DNA from: Deltaproteobacteria bacterium
GTDB lineage: Bacteria > Desulfobacterota > Binatia > UBA9968
NCBI GenBank assembly: GCA_005879435.1
Contig: VBKX01000195.1
Location: 1,021-42,264, forward strand
Length of the DNA: 41,244 nucleotides
Direction of reading: 5' to 3'
This document shows, in pieces, positions 27,955 through 37,659 of this stretch; positions within the stretch are counted from its first letter, which is position 1; each line of letters begins with the position of its first letter. The notes below the pieces were generated by a model, which did no database searches, was not told where the DNA came from, and saw only the letters and a list, made by a program, of their open reading frames with translations. The position numbers and the translations under genes are program-made.

Positions 27955-28819
27955 CGATTTTCTCCTGTGTAAATTCCGCCAGCGTCGCCTCGTAGTCCTG
28001 CGCTTCTTGCTCTTTTCCCCGCTTGCGCGCGCCCTGGGCAAGGATCAATACTTTGCGCCGCAACACATCGCGTGCCGCCGTCCTAGGCACGCCATCAAGA
28101 CCCGATCGCAAGATTTTTTGCAGCGCCAAAACTCGATATCGATCCATGCCCCACAGGGAACGCGACAACTGATCCGCATGACCACCCCGCTTGACGACGA
28201 GAGCCTCGGGGATCAAGGGGACTGAATACACCGAGGTGACGCGCAACCAAAGGTCGTAGTCTTCGCACACGGGGAAAGACTCATCGAAACCGCCGATGCA
28301 CTGGAAAAGCTCCCTCGTCATCATCACCGCGGACGGACTTATCAAACAGAGGTCCAAGCTACGTACAAAGATGTCACCGGAAGGTTTTCGATGCATCGCT
28401 TTAGGATTAACTCTGACACCATTGCGAACCCAAATCTCGTCGGTCTGGCAGATTTGAATCTCCGGGTGCCGGTCTAGGAAAGCTATTTGGGTCTCCAACT
28501 TACCCGGCAACCACAAATCGTCGGAATCAAGAAACGCGACGTAACACCCCTGGGCTTGGCTGACACCGAAATTACGCGCCGCAGCGACACCCCGTCTCGT
28601 TGTCGTGAACAGCCGCAATCGTCCATCGAATTTCGCCAATCGATTGGTTGTGCCATCGGTCGAACCGTCATCGACCACGATGATCTCAATATCTTGAAAA
28701 CTCTGCGCAAGCACAGAGTCGACAGCTTCGACAACTAGAGGCCATCGGTTATAGGTTGGGATAATAACGCTGGTTATCGGGGACACGAGTGACTCGAATC
28801 TTCGGATCGGACTAATCAA
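27905..28819 (-). CDS. GT2-family glycosyltransferase
   Basis: 'VIIPTYNRWPLV', 'VVDDGSTDGT', 'FLDSDDLW' and 'CEDYDLWLR'. The start codon is uncertain (a TTG at 28819, or an internal GTG). Confidence 0.8.
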   Translation of the reverse strand: MISPIRRFESLVSPITSVIIPTYNRWPLVVEAVDSVLAQSFQDIEIIVVDDGSTDGTTNRLAKFDGRLRLFTTTRRGVAAARNFGVSQAQGCYVAFLDSDDLWLPGKLETQIAFLDRHPEIQICQTDEIWVRNGVRVNPKAMHRKPSGDIFVRSLDLCLISPSAVMMTRELFQCIGGFDESFPVCEDYDLWLRVTSVYSVPLIPEALVVKRGGHADQLSRSLWGMDRYRVLALQKILRSGLDGVPRTAARDVLRRKVLILAQGARKRGKEQEAQDYEATLAEFTQEKIDVGERDPRLRAGERFS

Positions 28820-28860
28820 CCTGGCGGCAAGATGATCAACAGGAGTGTACTATCAGGTTG

Positions 28861-29292
28861 CTAAATAAATGTCTCCATTTTCTTGAAAAACTGGTCCACC
28901 ATCATTTTAGCGACGCCGCTCATCATTCGTTGGCCGATACTGGCAATAAGCCCACCGATTTTCGCGTCAGTGCTATATTTGAGCAAAGTTTGTCCATCGC
29001 GTTCTTCTAAATCAATCGCCACATCGCCTTGCATAAAACCGGGGCCGCCCGACCCTTGACCGCTCAAAACGTAATGAGACGGGGCTTGCTTATCTTTGAT
29101 CGCAACCTTACCTTTGTACGTACCTTTTACCGACGCGACGCCGACTTTCATGACCGCCTCGAATTGATCCGGCGCAACCTCGTTCATACTCTCGCAGCCC
29201 GGCATGCACTGTGCCATGACTTTTGGATCGAGCAAGACTTGCCAGACGCGGTCTCGTGGCGCGTTAAACGTGTAACTACCTTCGATCTTCAA
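28861..29292 (-). CDS. SRPBCC-fold CoxG-like protein
   Basis: 'KIEGSYTFNAPRDRVWQVLLDP...MAQCMPGCES...GVASVKGTYKG' matches the CoxG family pattern. I place the start at the TTG at 29292, 6 nt after GGGAGGAGG; the ORF-track start at 29421 adds an unlikely extension. Confidence 0.7.
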   Translation of the reverse strand: MKIEGSYTFNAPRDRVWQVLLDPKVMAQCMPGCESMNEVAPDQFEAVMKVGVASVKGTYKGKVAIKDKQAPSHYVLSGQGSGGPGFMQGDVAIDLEERDGQTLLKYSTDAKIGGLIASIGQRMMSGVAKMMVDQFFKKMETFI

Positions 29293-29514
29293 GAAAATCC
29301 TCCTCCCGTTTTTTTTCGCCGGCTTCCTGTCCAGCACCCGGTCCATCCGCGACCTCCGCATCAACCGCAAAAAACCATAACTTCCAATGGTATAAAAAAC
29401 AACACTGTAGTCGAATCGCACTTTTAGTCGCCGGGAATTAGTGACGGTCGTAAATAGCGACAGAAAGCTTTTGATTGAATCGTTCGATCAGCTTCGCTAC
29501 ACTTTCCCCAGCAA

Positions 29515-31560
29515 ATGGCATATCGAAAACTCGCACTATGGCTGGTTGTGGCGCTCGGAGCTTTGACAGAACCCGGCTATTCGCAGACAAATGATCAAAA
29601 CGAAAGCTTCGCGAAAGCTTACTCTCTTTACACCAACGGCAAATCCATCGAGGCCAAGGATCTCTTCGAGAGGTTAATTGAACCCAAGTTCCGTCTCGCG
29701 GACTACAGTTTGTATTACCTCGCGGCAATCAACTTTAGCGAATCGAAATGGGATCAGGCGCGCCGTCTGCTGGCTCAACTGAAACAACAGTTTCCGCAGA
29801 GTATTTGGGTTCACTCCGTCGCGTTGCTCCAGGCCAAGATCGACATCGCCGAGAAAAAATATGCGCCGGCCGCAGAAACCCTGCGCCGGCTGCGGGCCGA
29901 AAAAGTGGCGCAACGTGACATCGCTGACGAAGCGCTGTTTCTTCAAGCACAGATCCAAGAAGCGCAAGGCGATCCCCGCCGCGCTCATGCGCTCTATAAC
30001 GAGCTGCGCGATCAGTCACCCAATTCTCGGTGGTCGACCGCCTCCAGGCAAGCCCAGGCCAAGTTACGCGAGTCCTTTCCCGAAATTTTCGCCTTCCGCA
30101 CGATCGAATCCCTCGCCGATGAGGCCGACCGCTTGATGAGGGAGCGACAAATCAACGAAGCCGAAGTCCTTTACAAGAAGCTCTTGAACAACGCGACAGA
30201 TGCCGAGGCCCGGCTGCGCTATTTGGTCAAGCTCGCGAATCTTTATCTCTCGGCACGGAGCAGAAACGAATCCATCCCGTTGCTCGAATTGATCGCCCGG
30301 GAATTCCCTGAGAGCCCTGAAGCGCCGAAGGCGCTCCATCAAATCGGTCAAATTTACTGGAACCGGCACGATAATGCCCAGGCATTCGAATATTTCAAAT
30401 TGATCCTGGATAAATACCCGACCAGCGCTTACGTGGACCGCGCCCGCTTCGCCGCAGCCGACATCCACGAATACTTCGGTAGAAAATCGGAAGCGATTCA
30501 GCTCTATACCGACATTATCAACCTCTTTCCCAAGAGCCAGGTGCGTGACGATGCCGCCTGGCGCCTTGCCTGGCTGTATTACCGAAACGGCGATCTTGCC
30601 GCCGCAGCCACACCGCTCAAGCTTCTCGCGACCCAGTCAAGCAACAGCCCGCTCGGCACCGCGGCGCTTTACTGGCAGGCTCGCGTCGCCGAAAAATCGG
30701 GCGACCTCGAGGGCTCGCGACAGCTCTACCGCCAAATCGTCAACACGGCGACGGAGTCTTATTACCAAACGCTGTCGCTACGCGGTCTCCAACGCCTCGG
30801 CGAAGTCGCCGACGAGCCTAAAATTGTCAGACCATCCGCCGACCAGGAGCCTGATCCACCTGTGGCGGCAGATTTGTCATTTCACATCACCCGCGCTCGC
30901 GCACTCTCGTTGCTTTCCCTGCGCCAACTCGCCGTACTGGAACTCGACGAGGTCAACCGCCGGACAAAATCCGGTGCCAGCGTGCGCGTGCTTCTCATGC
31001 GCCAATATTTTCAGAATGGCGCCTATGGCCGCAGCCTGCAACTCGCCAACCAATTGCCGAGCTCACGCAGCGAGCGCGACCTTTACCGATATCCGCTCGC
31101 GTTTTGGGATTTGATTCAACAAAAGGCGCAAGACCGCGATCTCGATCCTTACCTCGTTCTGGCGCTGATCCGCCAGGAAAGTTTGTTCGACACTCGCGCC
31201 CGTTCGCCCGCTGCGGCGATCGGATTGATGCAGTTGATCCCGCCGACCGCAGCGCGGGTCGCCAAACAACTCGGCCTGGCGGCGCCATCCCAAGAAACGC
31301 TCTTCGAGCCCGAAGTGAATCTCACCCTCGGCACGCAATATCTGAAGGACTTGCTGCAACGCTATTCGAACAACTGGTACAAGGCCATCGCTGCGTATAA
31401 TGCCGGCGAAGCCGCCGTCGACCGTTGGGAAAGAGAAATCGTCACCGATGACATCGAAGAGTTCGTCGAGCGCATTCCCTATGTCGAAACCCGGGGGTAT
31501 GTTAAACTTGTTTTACGCAATCACCAGATTTACAAACGTCTCTACGACACGCAAAAATGA
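29515..31560 (+). CDS. Soluble lytic murein transglycosylase (Slt70-like: signal peptide, TPR-like superhelix, SLT domain)
   Basis: Signal peptide MAYRKLALWLVVALGALTEPGYSQ. C-terminal SLT motifs are 'LIRQESLFD', 'AIGLMQL' and 'AYNAGEAAV'. Confidence 0.85.
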   Translation: MAYRKLALWLVVALGALTEPGYSQTNDQNESFAKAYSLYTNGKSIEAKDLFERLIEPKFRLADYSLYYLAAINFSESKWDQARRLLAQLKQQFPQSIWVHSVALLQAKIDIAEKKYAPAAETLRRLRAEKVAQRDIADEALFLQAQIQEAQGDPRRAHALYNELRDQSPNSRWSTASRQAQAKLRESFPEIFAFRTIESLADEADRLMRERQINEAEVLYKKLLNNATDAEARLRYLVKLANLYLSARSRNESIPLLELIAREFPESPEAPKALHQIGQIYWNRHDNAQAFEYFKLILDKYPTSAYVDRARFAAADIHEYFGRKSEAIQLYTDIINLFPKSQVRDDAAWRLAWLYYRNGDLAAAATPLKLLATQSSNSPLGTAALYWQARVAEKSGDLEGSRQLYRQIVNTATESYYQTLSLRGLQRLGEVADEPKIVRPSADQEPDPPVAADLSFHITRARALSLLSLRQLAVLELDEVNRRTKSGASVRVLLMRQYFQNGAYGRSLQLANQLPSSRSERDLYRYPLAFWDLIQQKAQDRDLDPYLVLALIRQESLFDTRARSPAAAIGLMQLIPPTAARVAKQLGLAAPSQETLFEPEVNLTLGTQYLKDLLQRYSNNWYKAIAAYNAGEAAVDRWEREIVTDDIEEFVERIPYVETRGYVKLVLRNHQIYKRLYDTQK

Positions 31561-32291
31561 CGAGAGATGCGCGCCCATTGATCGGCGTCACCGCGGATAT
31601 TTCCGAAGTTCCTCGCGGGCTCAAGAACCATCGAGAAGCCACCCTATTCGTACCGCAAAGGTATTTGCACGCCATCGAGCGTGCCGGCGCGATTCCACTC
31701 ATCTTACCGGCAAATAGTTCCACCTCCGCTTTGCGCCGTCTGGTGAGCGGGGGAAACTTTGACATCCACCCACGATACTACGGCGAAATCCCGCTCAAGG
31801 AGCTCGGCGTCGTCAAAGCGCAGCGCACCGAGTTTGAGCTGGAAATGACAGCGACGGCATTGGCGCAGGATCTTCCTGTTTTAGGTATCTGCGGCGGTGC
31901 GCAAGCGATAAACGTGGCTCTGGGCGGCTCGTTGTACCAAGACATCGAAACTCAGTTCACCGGTGCCCGTGCCCACGAGCAAAGCGACACAAAATATAGT
32001 GGCGGACATCGCATAACGGTGCAAGACAACACCCAGCTTCACGCCATTGTCCGACAGCGGAACTTGGAGGTAAACACGACCCATCACTAGGCCGTCAAAA
32101 AACTGGGACGTGGCCTAGTCGTGGGTGCGTTTGCCGACGATGGCGTTGTCGAAGCCATAGAGAGCACGCGTCACCGGTTCGTTCTCGGCGTCCAATGGCA
32201 CCCTGAAGTTTTGGCGCGAAGGAAGGCTCAACGAAGGATTTTCACCTCCTTCGTCACATGCTGCGCTGTGCGGCGCCGCCGCGGCGCTTGA
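31557..32291 (+). pseudogene. Class-I glutamine-amidotransferase-like C26 hydrolase (PuuD-like) with an in-frame TAG
   Basis: 'LPVLGICGGAQAINVALGG' (nucleophile Cys), then '...EVNTTHH*AVKKLGRGLVVGAFADDGVVEAIE...VLGVQWHPE' by my own translation past the stop. The TAG at 32088..32090 replaces the Gln of the conserved 'HHQ' motif. The frame stays open to the TGA at 32289..32291. Confidence 0.8.
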
Positions 32292-32309
32292 GAGCTCACT
32301 CGGCGGCTT

Positions 32310-34628
32310 ATGACTATCGAGATTTTTAATCCCGGTAATTATCAAACTTCTTTGTCCGCCCTGCCGACCCTGCTCACCGCGAGCACGATGTTGGCTCTCG
32401 GCCTTAAGGTTCTTATCGCCGAACGCCAGTCGCATGTCAGTATTTCTTTTTTCATTATGACTGCGACGACAGCGCTCTGGTTATCGGGCTATTCATTCAT
32501 GTACTGCGCGACCACCGAGCGCGTTGCGGCGACCTGGAGCACAATCGGCCACATCGGCATCGTTTTCATTCCTGCGTCCATATATCACTTCACGTTGACA
32601 GCCTTGGGGAGTTACCATCGCTACAAGCGTCGAGTCTGGTTGATCTGGGAAGTTTCCGCCGGCTTTTTACTCTCCGTTTTATCCACCGACGCGTTCTTCA
32701 GCGGCGTGCGCTCCTATACGTGGGGTTATTACCCGGTATATCACTGGATGGGAACGCTTTTCGTATGCTTTTTTCTCTGCCTCGTGGTCATGAGCTTGCG
32801 CCAATATTGGACCTCTTATCGTGCTGCGCCGTCGGGGGCCGGCAAATTGCGGAACCAGGGCTTATTGCGCGCCTTTTGCATCGCGTATCTGGGTTCTTTT
32901 GACTTCCTGGCCGCCTACGGCATTCCGCTTTATCCCTTCGGATATATTCCGGTCCTGGGCTTCATCATCCTCGCAGACCGGACGATTCGGCGATACCATC
33001 TGGTGAACATCACCCCCGAGTTTGCCGCCAAACAAATTATCAATGCGATGGACGACGCGCTGCTAATTTTGGACAGCGACGGCATCGTTCGCGTCGCAAA
33101 TCACAACGCTTGCGAAATCTTCACCCGTCCCGAAACCGAGATCGAAGGCTCAACCTTGTCGACGCTGGCGATGGGTTTTAGCCCAGCCACCGACACGCTC
33201 GCGGGCGAGATTCTCGAAGGAAAGTTACGCAACCACGAACTACTGGCCCACGGCGGCGACACCACGATCAGCCTCTCGTCCTTCGTCATGCGCGACGCCG
33301 AGCAGAATCCCATTGCCACGGTTTGCATGATCCGGGACATCACTAAGGAGAAATCGGCCCAGCGCGAAATTCAGCGCCACACCGAACGGCAAGCCGCGCT
33401 TTACGAGCTTAACCTCGCGGCGACGTCGACCCTCGAGGTGCGCGCCGTGTTGGACGTTTTGTTGGAATGGCTTGCCGGATTGGTTCCGGGGACCGCGACG
33501 ACTGTCATGCTGTGCGGTGAAACCGACGAACCGCTTCGCCGGGTGGCTTGCCGCGGTATCGATGACGTCGCCTGGAAGTCGGAATCGTCCCTGCAAATCG
33601 CGCCGCTTCACCCCGTGCTGCGCTCGAAAGATGCCATTCTCGTATCCAAGATTCAGATCGCCAACGAAGGACTGGATTCGGCATTTTTTATATCCCGGGG
33701 ATTTCACTCCTATCTCGGTTTACCGCTTATCGCGAAAAATCACGTCATCGGGATTCTCTCTCTTTATTCCCGGCAGGAACGCCACTATAGCGATGAAGAA
33801 ATTAATTTTCTACGCAGCCTCGCGGGCCAAGTGGCGGTGGCGATACACAATTCTCAGCTCTACGAGCAAACCCGCCAACAGGCTTCGGCTCTGGAAAAGG
33901 CGAACCTGGTTCGAGAGGACTTCTTGGGTGTGATGTCGCACGAGCTGAGGACTCCGCTGAATGTCATCTCCGGCTATGCGAGACTCGTGAACGAGGGCAT
34001 CATGGGCGACGTGAATGCGGAGCAGAAAAAAGCCTTGGATAAAGTCGGCCACCACGCCGGCGAGCTCCTGTTCATGGTCAACAGCATCATGAACGCAACC
34101 AAGATCGAAGCGGGCGCGTTGTCTTTGGACCCCGAACCTTTTCTGTTCGCGAACCTCCTGGACGAGCTCAGAGCGCTTTATGATTATCCGTTCGGAAAGG
34201 ATATCAGCATCAATTGGGACTACCCGGCAGATCTTCCGTCGTTGTACACGGACCGCGATAAGCTTAAACATATTTTACAAAACCTCGTTAACAACGCGCT
34301 TAAATTCACCGATGAGGGCTCCGTGAGCATCACCGTCCGCCACCTTCCCGACAAAGACCACATCGAAGTGACGGTTAGCGATACCGGGGTCGGCATTCCA
34401 GTGGAAGAATTGCCGCTCATCTTCGATCGTTTCCGGCAAATCGACAATTCAAGAACGCGCACCTACGGCGGAGTCGGGTTGGGGTTGCACATCGTCAAGA
34501 CCTTCACTGAACTTCTCGACGGCCAAGTCTTCGTCGCCAGTACGCCCCGTCAGGGGTCCAGCTTCACGATCACGCTTCCTTGCATCGGTCCACGATCCGA
34601 CACGACCAGTCCTTCGCCGGGTCGCTGA
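32310..34628 (+). CDS. Sensor histidine kinase with N-terminal 7TM domain, PAS, GAF, HisKA and HATPase_c
   Basis: About 7 hydrophobic helices in the first ~230 aa, a PAS domain ('DDALLILDSDGIVRVAN'), a GAF-like segment, H-box 'SHELRTPLNVISGY', 'NLVNNALKFT', 'DTGVGI' and 'GGVGLGLHIVK'. Confidence 0.85.
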   Translation: MTIEIFNPGNYQTSLSALPTLLTASTMLALGLKVLIAERQSHVSISFFIMTATTALWLSGYSFMYCATTERVAATWSTIGHIGIVFIPASIYHFTLTALGSYHRYKRRVWLIWEVSAGFLLSVLSTDAFFSGVRSYTWGYYPVYHWMGTLFVCFFLCLVVMSLRQYWTSYRAAPSGAGKLRNQGLLRAFCIAYLGSFDFLAAYGIPLYPFGYIPVLGFIILADRTIRRYHLVNITPEFAAKQIINAMDDALLILDSDGIVRVANHNACEIFTRPETEIEGSTLSTLAMGFSPATDTLAGEILEGKLRNHELLAHGGDTTISLSSFVMRDAEQNPIATVCMIRDITKEKSAQREIQRHTERQAALYELNLAATSTLEVRAVLDVLLEWLAGLVPGTATTVMLCGETDEPLRRVACRGIDDVAWKSESSLQIAPLHPVLRSKDAILVSKIQIANEGLDSAFFISRGFHSYLGLPLIAKNHVIGILSLYSRQERHYSDEEINFLRSLAGQVAVAIHNSQLYEQTRQQASALEKANLVREDFLGVMSHELRTPLNVISGYARLVNEGIMGDVNAEQKKALDKVGHHAGELLFMVNSIMNATKIEAGALSLDPEPFLFANLLDELRALYDYPFGKDISINWDYPADLPSLYTDRDKLKHILQNLVNNALKFTDEGSVSITVRHLPDKDHIEVTVSDTGVGIPVEELPLIFDRFRQIDNSRTRTYGGVGLGLHIVKTFTELLDGQVFVASTPRQGSSFTITLPCIGPRSDTTSPSPGR

Positions 34629-34687
34629 CCCCGGTCCGCTCCATGCCCTATCGTCTTTCAATCGCAAAAGTTGAGGCCGATCGCCGC

Positions 34688-34710
34688 GCCGAGTCGTCGG
34701 CTTGTTGTTG
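34688..34710 (+). terminator. Weak candidate intrinsic terminator after the kinase gene
   Basis: GCCGA-gtcg-TCGGC (5-bp stem) followed by TTGTTGTTG. The stem is short, so confidence is low. Confidence 0.25.
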
Positions 34711-34779
34711 CAATCTAAGCTTGCCTGGGGCAAACAAAAGACCGGTAATGATTTCCTAAAGTTTGAAAGGAATAAGACC

Positions 34780-35916
34780 ATGGCGAGTAAGACCGGGGGA
34801 GATGTGTTTGACAGCGCGGAAGCGGAAAAAGTGCTCTACCCCGCCAACGGTTTGCCCGGCGGCGGCCAACTGGAAGTGCGCATGGAAATCTCGCCGGACC
34901 ATGCCGATCCGGACATCCGCGGCGTGGCACGCCGGGTCAAATTTTTCAATTTGGAAAGTTGGCATAAAGAATGGACTGAAGTTGCTAAGAAGAACGAAGA
35001 GCTGGCTGCAGGCTTCGAACAGGCAAACCGCAAGCAAACCGCGCATGAGTTCTACTTGCGCGCGGCCGATTTTTACCGCCGCGCGGTCGTCTACATGCCC
35101 GAAGCCGACTCGCGCATGCTGCCCACCTATAAGAAGCTCGAAGAAAATTTCAATAAGGCTTGGAGTGTAGTCAAGCCGCCATTTGAACAAGTCGAGATTC
35201 CTTACGAAGGTCACAAGCTGCCGGCGCTTTTTTGGCCGGGGCGCGGCAAGTCCGGCACCAAGTTGCCGGTAGTCTATAACTACGGCGGCGCCGACGGAAT
35301 TTTACTCCGCGGCGAAGACGGCGGCGCCGGTCAGTATACACGCCGCGGCATGTCGTTTATCGACGTCGACGGTCCGGGGCACGGCGGCACCCTGCGCTAT
35401 CACAAGCTCTATGCGCCGCCGGACTCGGAGCGCGTCGCCAAGGCGGTCATCGATTTTCTCTCTACTCGCGCGGACGTCGACCCGGAACGCATCGGATTGC
35501 ATGGCTCCAGCATGGGCGGCTACTCGGGACCCCGCTGCGCCACCTTCGAAAACAGAATCAAAGCCGTCGCAGTATGGAGCGGCGCGTACAATCTGGTCGA
35601 CGATATTTTTGATTATTATCCGCCGATCCAGGAGCGTCTGCGTTGGCTGATGGGTGCCAAGAACCTCAAGGACGCGCGCGAAAAAATCAAAGAGTTCACG
35701 CTCGTCGGCAGAGTCAATAAGATCGAATGCCCGCTGCTCGTCGGCTACAGCATCGATGACCGTGTCATGGACCCGCGCGGCGCGCTGAAGCTCTATGAGA
35801 ACGCAGTGAATTCGCCGGACCGCTCGATGCTCGACGGCGTCGGCCACGGACAGAAGAGATTCGATCGCAGAACCTACATCGCCGATTGGTTCATGAAGCA
35901 GCTCAAGGCTGATTAA
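34780..35916 (+). CDS. Alpha/beta-fold hydrolase (FrsA / dihydroxypseudooxynicotine-hydrolase-like)
   Basis: Nucleophile elbow 'LHGSSMGG', a C-terminal 'DD...D' and 'GHG' consistent with a Ser-Asp-His triad, and AAAGGA 9 nt upstream of the ATG at 34780. Confidence 0.7.
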   Translation: MASKTGGDVFDSAEAEKVLYPANGLPGGGQLEVRMEISPDHADPDIRGVARRVKFFNLESWHKEWTEVAKKNEELAAGFEQANRKQTAHEFYLRAADFYRRAVVYMPEADSRMLPTYKKLEENFNKAWSVVKPPFEQVEIPYEGHKLPALFWPGRGKSGTKLPVVYNYGGADGILLRGEDGGAGQYTRRGMSFIDVDGPGHGGTLRYHKLYAPPDSERVAKAVIDFLSTRADVDPERIGLHGSSMGGYSGPRCATFENRIKAVAVWSGAYNLVDDIFDYYPPIQERLRWLMGAKNLKDAREKIKEFTLVGRVNKIECPLLVGYSIDDRVMDPRGALKLYENAVNSPDRSMLDGVGHGQKRFDRRTYIADWFMKQLKAD

Positions 35917-35945
35917 CTGCTCAGATGAAAATCACGGAGGCACGG

Positions 35946-36785
35946 ATGTCAGCTCTCAATCTCGCTCAGTCCCTTGATCATTTTGTCGTACCGGTGGACG
36001 ATCTTATCATCGCCGAAGAATTTTACGTGCGGGTTTTCGGCGGCGTGATTACCAAGCGCAACGGTTTGAACGTCCGCCAGCGCAAGCGCGGCGCGGTGCC
36101 GCATACGTTTATCCAGATCGGCGGCAAACGTATGGGCGTCTATCTGCAAAGCGAGGAACGCGCGCAGCCGACGAGCGCGCGCGGTTTGCCGACCTATTCG
36201 TTTACGACAACGCCAAGAGGACTCGAAGCGGTCATGAAGGATCTCGATGAACTAGGGGCTCGTTTCGACTCGCCTGTGAAAAATCCGTATCCTTTCGCCG
36301 ATCAGTGCCTATTCTTTACCGATCCGGCGGCAAACCATTACGCGGTTTATACGCCGACAGGTGCAACAAAGAATACAAATGGCGCCAACGGCCGCATGAG
36401 TGCGGTCGGCTATATCGAATTGGAAGCTCCGGACGTAAATGTGTCGATCGAGTTTTACAAAAACGTTCTCGGCTTCGAGCCGCAGAGTCGAAGCGAAAAC
36501 GGCAAGCAGGCGATGCTCAAGATGGCAAGCGGCCAGACTTTGATCTTGACCGAAGCGCCATTCGTGTCAAAAGGGCTGGTGATGAGCCGCAAGGTACCGG
36601 GACCTCACATCGCCTTCTACGTGCCTGCGGAAAAATGGAGCGCGGCGCTTGCGCACCTCGATCAGATCGGCATTGCCAACGGAGATCGCGGCGCGGCCAA
36701 GGAGCGTCGCGACGGCCAAGGCGGCACTTACATGGACGATCCAGCCGGCTACGTCATCCAATTCATCACCGACGGGATGGAGTGA
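35946..36785 (+). CDS. Two-domain VOC (glyoxalase / extradiol dioxygenase) superfamily protein
   Basis: Two repeats of 'LDHFVVPVDDL...FY..VFG' / 'YIELEAPDVNVSIEFYKNVLGF'. GGAGG lies 5 nt upstream of the ATG at 35946. Confidence 0.7.
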   Translation: MSALNLAQSLDHFVVPVDDLIIAEEFYVRVFGGVITKRNGLNVRQRKRGAVPHTFIQIGGKRMGVYLQSEERAQPTSARGLPTYSFTTTPRGLEAVMKDLDELGARFDSPVKNPYPFADQCLFFTDPAANHYAVYTPTGATKNTNGANGRMSAVGYIELEAPDVNVSIEFYKNVLGFEPQSRSENGKQAMLKMASGQTLILTEAPFVSKGLVMSRKVPGPHIAFYVPAEKWSAALAHLDQIGIANGDRGAAKERRDGQGGTYMDDPAGYVIQFITDGME

Positions 36786-36791
36786 AAGACT

Positions 36792-37634
36792 TTGCCGACC
36801 ACCGACCAAGAAAAACGCGCCCGGCTGCATGAAATATTCGCCGATCCGAAAGGCGCCATCGCGCCGGGAGTGACCGATGCGTTGTTCGCGCGCCTCGCGC
36901 AAGATTGCGGCTATGGCGCAGTGCATCTCTCAGGTAATGCGATCCATAAAAACTTTTGTTTGCCGGACCGAAATCTCCTGAACGTCACGCAAATCGCTCG
37001 ACGCGCGGCGCAGATCTCTGAGGCGACCGAAATCCCGCTAATCGTCGACGCCGGGTCCGGTTGCGTCGAGCCCGACGCGCTCACACGCGCGGTGAAATTA
37101 TACGAGCGCGCCGGCGCGGCGGCGCTGCGATTCGAAGACGCCGTCGTCAACGAGTACGGCGCTCCCGCCGACGAGCTTGCGATCGCCCCGACGCCGCTCA
37201 TGGTTGATCGCATCAAAGCGGCCGTTGACGCACGTCGAGACCGGTCTCTCGTTTTGATCGCGCGTTGCGATTCACGTCCGAAAGAATCTCTCCCACAAGT
37301 CGAGGATCGATTGGCGGCGTACGCCCAAGCCGGCGCCGATGCCCTTGGTGTCCAACTCACCGAGATCGAAGATTTCCGGCGCGTGGGCGTGAGCGCGCCG
37401 GCGCCGCTCGTCAGCATGTGGCCGAGAGCGCGCATGAGCGCTTTCGAGTTTGTTCAAATGGGCTTTAACGTCGCGCTCATGCCGTCGAGCGTGCCTCTCG
37501 CGGCTGTAACGGCTGTGAGGGAGCTGCTGATCGAATTGAAGCGCTCCGGGCGCGACCGCGATTACTTCGCCAGACAAAGCGAATTCGCCGAGGCCGAAAG
37601 CTGGTACAGAGATTTAGGCTTAGCTTCCAAATAA
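36792..37634 (+). CDS. Isocitrate lyase / PEP mutase superfamily protein (divergent)
   Basis: 'APGVTDALFARLAQDCGYGAVHLSG', 'PLIVDAGSG', 'AGAAALRFED' and 'LIARCDS'. The usual 'KRCGH' loop is not recognisable. The start codon is TTG. Confidence 0.65.
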   Translation: MPTTDQEKRARLHEIFADPKGAIAPGVTDALFARLAQDCGYGAVHLSGNAIHKNFCLPDRNLLNVTQIARRAAQISEATEIPLIVDAGSGCVEPDALTRAVKLYERAGAAALRFEDAVVNEYGAPADELAIAPTPLMVDRIKAAVDARRDRSLVLIARCDSRPKESLPQVEDRLAAYAQAGADALGVQLTEIEDFRRVGVSAPAPLVSMWPRARMSAFEFVQMGFNVALMPSSVPLAAVTAVRELLIELKRSGRDRDYFARQSEFAEAESWYRDLGLASK

Positions 37635-37659
37635 CGCAAATTCATTTACTGGAGATTCC

